Source: Candidatus Deferrimicrobiaceae bacterium (GTDB lineage Bacteria > Desulfobacterota > Deferrimicrobia > Deferrimicrobiales > Deferrimicrobiaceae). From it: DNA of 64,000 nucleotides. The notes under the pieces are model-generated. The model did no database searches and had not been told where the DNA came from. It saw only the letters and a program-made list of their open reading frames with translations. Position numbers and translations under genes: made by a program. The stretch lies in assembly GCA_963792415.1 (NCBI GenBank), contig CAWBVY010000010.1, positions 65,751 to 129,750 of the forward strand, given 5' to 3'. This document shows, one piece after another, positions 59,449-64,000 of this stretch (position 1 is the first letter of the stretch; every line of letters begins with the position of its first letter).

Positions 59449-59487
59449 CTGCTTCTTTTTTCGAGAATCGCAACAACATGGCCACAT

Positions 59488-59605
59488 GTTGATAGACCGC
59501 GGGTTAGGCTGTTCACGAAGTGGGCGCACAACACCATTCCAATGGATAAAATCCGAATGGATCCGGTTTCGTCCGCCCAATCCGCCTAATCCGCGGTCTA
59601 TCAAC
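59488..59605. repeat. 118-bp element with 22-bp terminal inverted repeats
   Basis: GTTGATAGACCGCGGGTTAGGC / GCCTAATCCGCGGTCTATCAAC (21/22 complementary). Confidence 0.75.
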
Positions 59606-59615
59606 GTCTAACCAT

Positions 59616-62600
59616 CTACTCCACGACCACCCCATCACTCCCGCTGCGCCCAAAGACTTCCGGCGAATACATCTCCTCGGCCTTGGCCGGCGGCACGACG
59701 AAGTGGCCCGGCGTGGTGGCCCGGGCGATGTAGGTGTAGTCGTAGACGCCGTCCCACAGCAGGGAGGTGAAGGCCTCGGCCCGCTCGTCGCGCAGGTTCT
59801 GGTGCTCGTACCAGGGGCCCCACCACCACCAGCCATAGGGCTCGGGCTGGCCCGGGTCCTGGGGCGGCGCGCCGGAGACGGCCAGGTCCGGGTTGACGAT
59901 CTCCAGCCCGGCCGGCAGCGGGTCGACCAGCGCCACGTGATAGCGGCGGCTGTCGGCCACCATGGTCAGGCGCACGCGCACGCGGGCCCCGGCCTTGATG
60001 TGCCAGACGCCGTCCGCGTCGCTGGACCACGTCGTCGGGATCGTCCACCGCCTCGTAGCTCGCGCTGGACGACGAAGCCCATGTCCAGCGGGTCCAGATC
60101 CAGGTCGTCGGGCGCGTAGCGCAGGCCCAGGCGGTAGTAGAGCCGGCCGTCGCCTTCCTTGCTCAGGATCAGATCCTGGGTCTCGGCTCGGCTGGAGTCG
60201 ACCAGGTAGGCCATGGGCACGATCGGTCTGCGTGGCTGTCGGTCGGTACGCCCACGAACTCGTGCTCGCCGGCATAGGTCGTCGCCCAGCCAGATGCGGG
60301 CCACGAAGTCGGGCGTCTCGGCCTCGTAGGTGTTGAAGTAGCGGTCCAGGGCCAGCAGGATGAAGACATTCTCCTGGGTGTTGCCCCAGCGGCCCTGGGT
60401 GCGGTGGGCCAGCAGGCCGTTGACGATCTTGGGGATCAGGTCGCTCTCCGGCTGGTCGCCGATCAGCGCATCCAGCATGATGCCGTCGGTGCGCCGGTTG
60501 GAGTGCAGCAGCAGGTAGTCGTCATCGCCGTAGGAGGTGACGAAGTTGGCCGCGCCCGCCGTCTCGACCGCCGGTTGTTGACATGGCGCCGGATCGCCTC
60601 CACCTCGGTTGCCGGAGCCCGGGTCGTCGCCCAGCACCTGCCAGAGCCAGGCCACCGCCTCCAGCGACAGCTCCTCCAGCGGCATCTCGTCCAGCAGACG
60701 GCTGCGCCTTGGCCGTGTCGACGTCGCCCATCAGCTGGCGCACGTAGAGCGCGTAGGCGCTCAGCGTCGTGCGTGGTCTCGCGGCTGTACCAGTAGGGAT
60801 AGTGGCTCTCGATGTCGCGCAGGTAGTCCAGCGACGCGATCGATGCATCTCCTCGGGGACCGCGATAGCCCTTCATCTCGGCGCCGCTGCAGGGCATGGG
60901 CCACGTGGATGCTGTAGAAGGGCATCGATTCCTGGCCCCGCCGCCAGACGGGGAAGCCGCCGTCCGTCGTTCTGCATGCCTTCCAGCCGCTCGATGTCGC
61001 GCGCTGACGGCCGCTTCCAGCTCCTCGGGCGAGGGCAGCCCCTCGGCCTCGAAGGCGGTCAGCACATCGCGCAGGGCGGCGACGGCCAGGATGCGCGAGG
61101 CCAGCTGCTCGGAGCACTCGAACGGTAGGTCGCCAGGTAGAGCACGGCATCGGTCAGCGCCTGCAGCGCGGTCGACGAGGTGCTGATCTCCAGCCCGCCG
61201 AACTGGGGGAAGACATCTGTCGGCGCGGCGACCGGCTGGACGATCGCGCCCTCGTCGACCACGCCGTAGGTGGCGAAGGCCTCGGTGGTGGCCGGCGTGT
61301 AGACCGGCAGCTCGACCTCGGCGGCGTCGGCCATAGGCGCCGGACGACGGCCGCAACCTGGAAGCGCGCCGTGCCTGCGCTGACCGTCGTCGGCCGGGAA
61401 GCGCACCTCGACCCGGTCGTTGGCCGGCACGGTCACCCGCTGCCCTGCGTCGCCGGTCAAGCTCGAGGTTGGCCGCCTGGACCACCACGTCCACGTCCAT
61501 CGGCTCGTCGGTCTGGTTCTGCAGCACGACCGGCAGCTTCGAAGCGTCGCCGAAGTTGAGGAAGCGCGGCGCCGACGGCCGCACCATCAGCGGCAGGCGG
61601 GCCGTCAGGTTGGCCTCGCCGAGCCGAACTGCTTGCCGCCGGCCACGGCCACCACCATGATCCGGTAGCGGGTCAGGTTGTCGGGCAGCTTCACGTCGAC
61701 ACGTGCGCCTGGCCGTTCGCATCGGTGCGCACGTCCGGGGCGAAGGTGGCCAGCGGGTTGAAATCGGAGCGCACGTGGATGGCCGGCGCCTGCTCGCCGC
61801 CGTCGGCGTCGGCGGCCTCTTCCATGGCCATGGCGTCGGCATGGCGGCCATGGCCATCGGCGGCCGATGCTCATCGCGCATCATCGGCCGCCATCGGCCG
61901 GCATGGCGCCAAGTCGACTGGCATTGGCCATGGATTCGAAGCTCACTGGGCGCTGCCAGCGCCATCTCGGTCGCCTGGACGCAGGCTCTCGGGGTCCTGC
62001 CAGCACGATGCTGCTCGCGGCCGTAGGCTGCTGTCGACGTCGGCGCTAGCGTTGCTGTAGAAGGCGGCCACCGGGTCGGCCAGCTGGTAGCCGGTCAGCG
62101 CCAGGATCGCCTCGTCGACCACGACCACGGCCAGCTCGGCGCCGGCGACCGGCTCGCCGTCGGCGTCGGTCAGCGTCAGATCGATGGTCGTCGTCCGCCC
62201 GGCTCCAGCTCGGTCTCTTCGGGCGCGATCTCCAGCGCCAGCGTGCGGCTGAGCGGCGGCACGCTCAGGTCGAGCTGCCGGTGGCATAGGCCGGCCGGTC
62301 GGGCAGCGCCGTCGACCGGCTCGCCCTCGTCATCGACGCGCGGCGCGGCGCCCACCAGGTCGACCTGGACGTACAGGTTGGGGATGTGCGCGTCTTCGAT
62401 GGGCACCCGCAGCGTGATCGAGCTGTCCTCGCATCGTGAAGCGCTCGGTGTAGAGGATGCCGCTGCGGCCACGGTCAGCAGCCCCTCGGCCGGGCAGAAG
62501 GGCGCCTGCACCAGGATCTCGGCCACGTCGCCCGGCTGGTAGCTCTCCTTGTCGGGGATCAGCGTCGACCTGCTCCTGCTCGACCTCGCGGGCCGGCGGG

Positions 62601-64000
62601 CGTTCGCCGCCGCTGACCCAGCGGGTGAACTGGCTCCGGTTGGCGCGGCCCTGGTCGTCCGCGACGGTGGCCGTGATCCGGTACTCGCCGCCCATCGGCG
62701 TCTCGAAGGTGCAGGAGACCGGCTCGCCGCCGAGGCGACCGTGCAGGTCTGACGTCGACCTCTTCCTCGAGCCACTCGCCGCCCTGCGGTACTTCCACTC
62801 CAGGCGGGCGGCCTGCATTTCGATGGATCGCCGGCCGGCACGGCGTTGCCGTCCAGGTCGGTGACGATGGCCTCGATCTCCAGCGGCTCGCCCCGCTCCA
62901 CAAAGGTGCGCTCGCTGCGCAGGCCGACGTAGAGTCGGCCGGGTGGACCAGCAGGCGTGGTGCCGGCAGTCCAGGCCTGGCGGTTGACGTCCATGACATC
63001 GGCGCTCGGCCAGCACGCTGTAGGGCCGCGGCTCCTCGGCTTCGACGAAGTCCATGCTGCAGATAGTGGCGGCCCGAGGCGTCGGTGCGCCCGTCAAAGG
63101 TCTGGTGGTTGCGACCGCCGTAGCCCTCGTCGCCAGTACGATCCGCCGTAGTACCACCAGGGCGTCCACTCGCCAAAGATAAAGTCGGGCCAGTTGGGCG
63201 GCGAGTAGTTGCCGGGCGAGGACGCTCACCTGCCAGAGGTCTCGGCGTTGGGCAGCGGCCCGCCGGCATAGTAGGTGGCCGTCGACCGACACCGTGGCCT
63301 CATCGCCCACGAAGTAGGGGCCCTCGGACTCGTTGCCGCGCTGACCTCGAACTCGGGACGGCGGAACTCCTGGACCTGGAAGCTGTGCTCATACTGCCAT
63401 CCAGTTGTCAGGGTGGGGTAGCGGGCTGGGCCGATGCCCGACTGGCCGCCCCAGACATCGGGCAGGCCCTGTGCGATCAGCTGCAGATAGGTGTAGCCCA
63501 GGTTCACGTTGTCCGGCAGGGTAAAGGCCAGGTCAAAGCCGGCCAGGTCGTTGACCTCGGCCACGCCGTCGAGCACCTCGTTGCCCTGCGGGTCGATCAG
63601 CGGTACCGCACGGAGACGCCGTCGGTCCGGGCAGACCCACGTCGCCGTCCTGGCGCGCCGCCGATCCGCCGCAGCCAGCCCTTGACGTGCACCTCTTCGC
63701 CGGGGCGATACATCTGGCGGTCGTCGAAGACATACCAGCGCAGCGTGTCGCACAGCGCGTTTCTGCCAGCCGCGTTCGTCCCAGTAGTAGTTGCTCGCCG
63801 GCAGGATCGCCGTGTCCTAGCCGAGGCGGCCTATCAGCAGCGAACTGCCGATCTCGGGCAACGCCAAACTGGCCATGCCGTCGGCCTCGGTCGTGGCCAA
63901 CTTACCGCCAGGCAACAAGGAGATTTCGACGCCTTCCAGCGGCGCGCCGTCCATCAGGGCGGTGGTCCAGACCATCATCTCGCTGTGGTCGGCCAACGCG
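59616..64000 (-). CDS. Bacterial alpha-2-macroglobulin, 3' part, many indels
   Basis: Fragments FDDRQMYRPGE, QEFRRPEFEV, VVVVDEAILAL, LPDNLTRYRIM, PSAPRFLNFGD, thioester FECSEQ, WGNTQEN, DPLPAGLE, PPAKAEEMYSPEVFGRS. Confidence 0.9.

Overview
The window appears to join DNA from two sources. Positions 1 to ~57,240 are a gene-dense, high-GC chromosome segment with a deltaproteobacterial-type gene set. Ca. Deferrimicrobiaceae/MBNT15-like is my inference, not a database result. It carries ileS(end)-lspA-lgt, glnB-glnA under a sigma54/NtrC-type promoter, plsY, malic enzyme, ino1 facing an mshA-like glycosyltransferase, and hisC. It also carries a compact EBP/sigma54-fliA-flgM module with no flagellar structural genes, korAB, a TetR-MFP-(RND::TolC fusion) efflux operon, and a convergent rpfF/rpfC DSF quorum-sensing pair. 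Further on are a ClpA/C-type ATPase, a complete caa3-type oxidase operon, rmuC, ampG, an AOR, an HD protein, a MotB/OmpA-like lipoprotein and metX. From ~57,240 to the end, composition and repeat families change. This part holds two phage-like ORFs, a highly structured ~230-nt non-coding stretch, nested IS remnants and a heavily frameshifted alpha-2-macroglobulin gene. Scattered 1-nt indels (lgt, hisC, AOR, HAD, NHL, A2M) look like long-read errors. The most notable observations are five. (1) A readable EBP->sigma54->FliA->sigma28->FlgM cascade, plus a sigma28-like box in front of the DSF sensor rpfC, suggests a flagellar regulon rewired to quorum sensing. (2) A 1499-aa RND-TolC protein has an internal signal-peptide-like linker. 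(3) A 3-copy structured repeat shows a compensatory base change. (4) Leaderless promoter architecture recurs at several genes. (5) An unexplained multi-hairpin RNA candidate lies at 58.5 kb.
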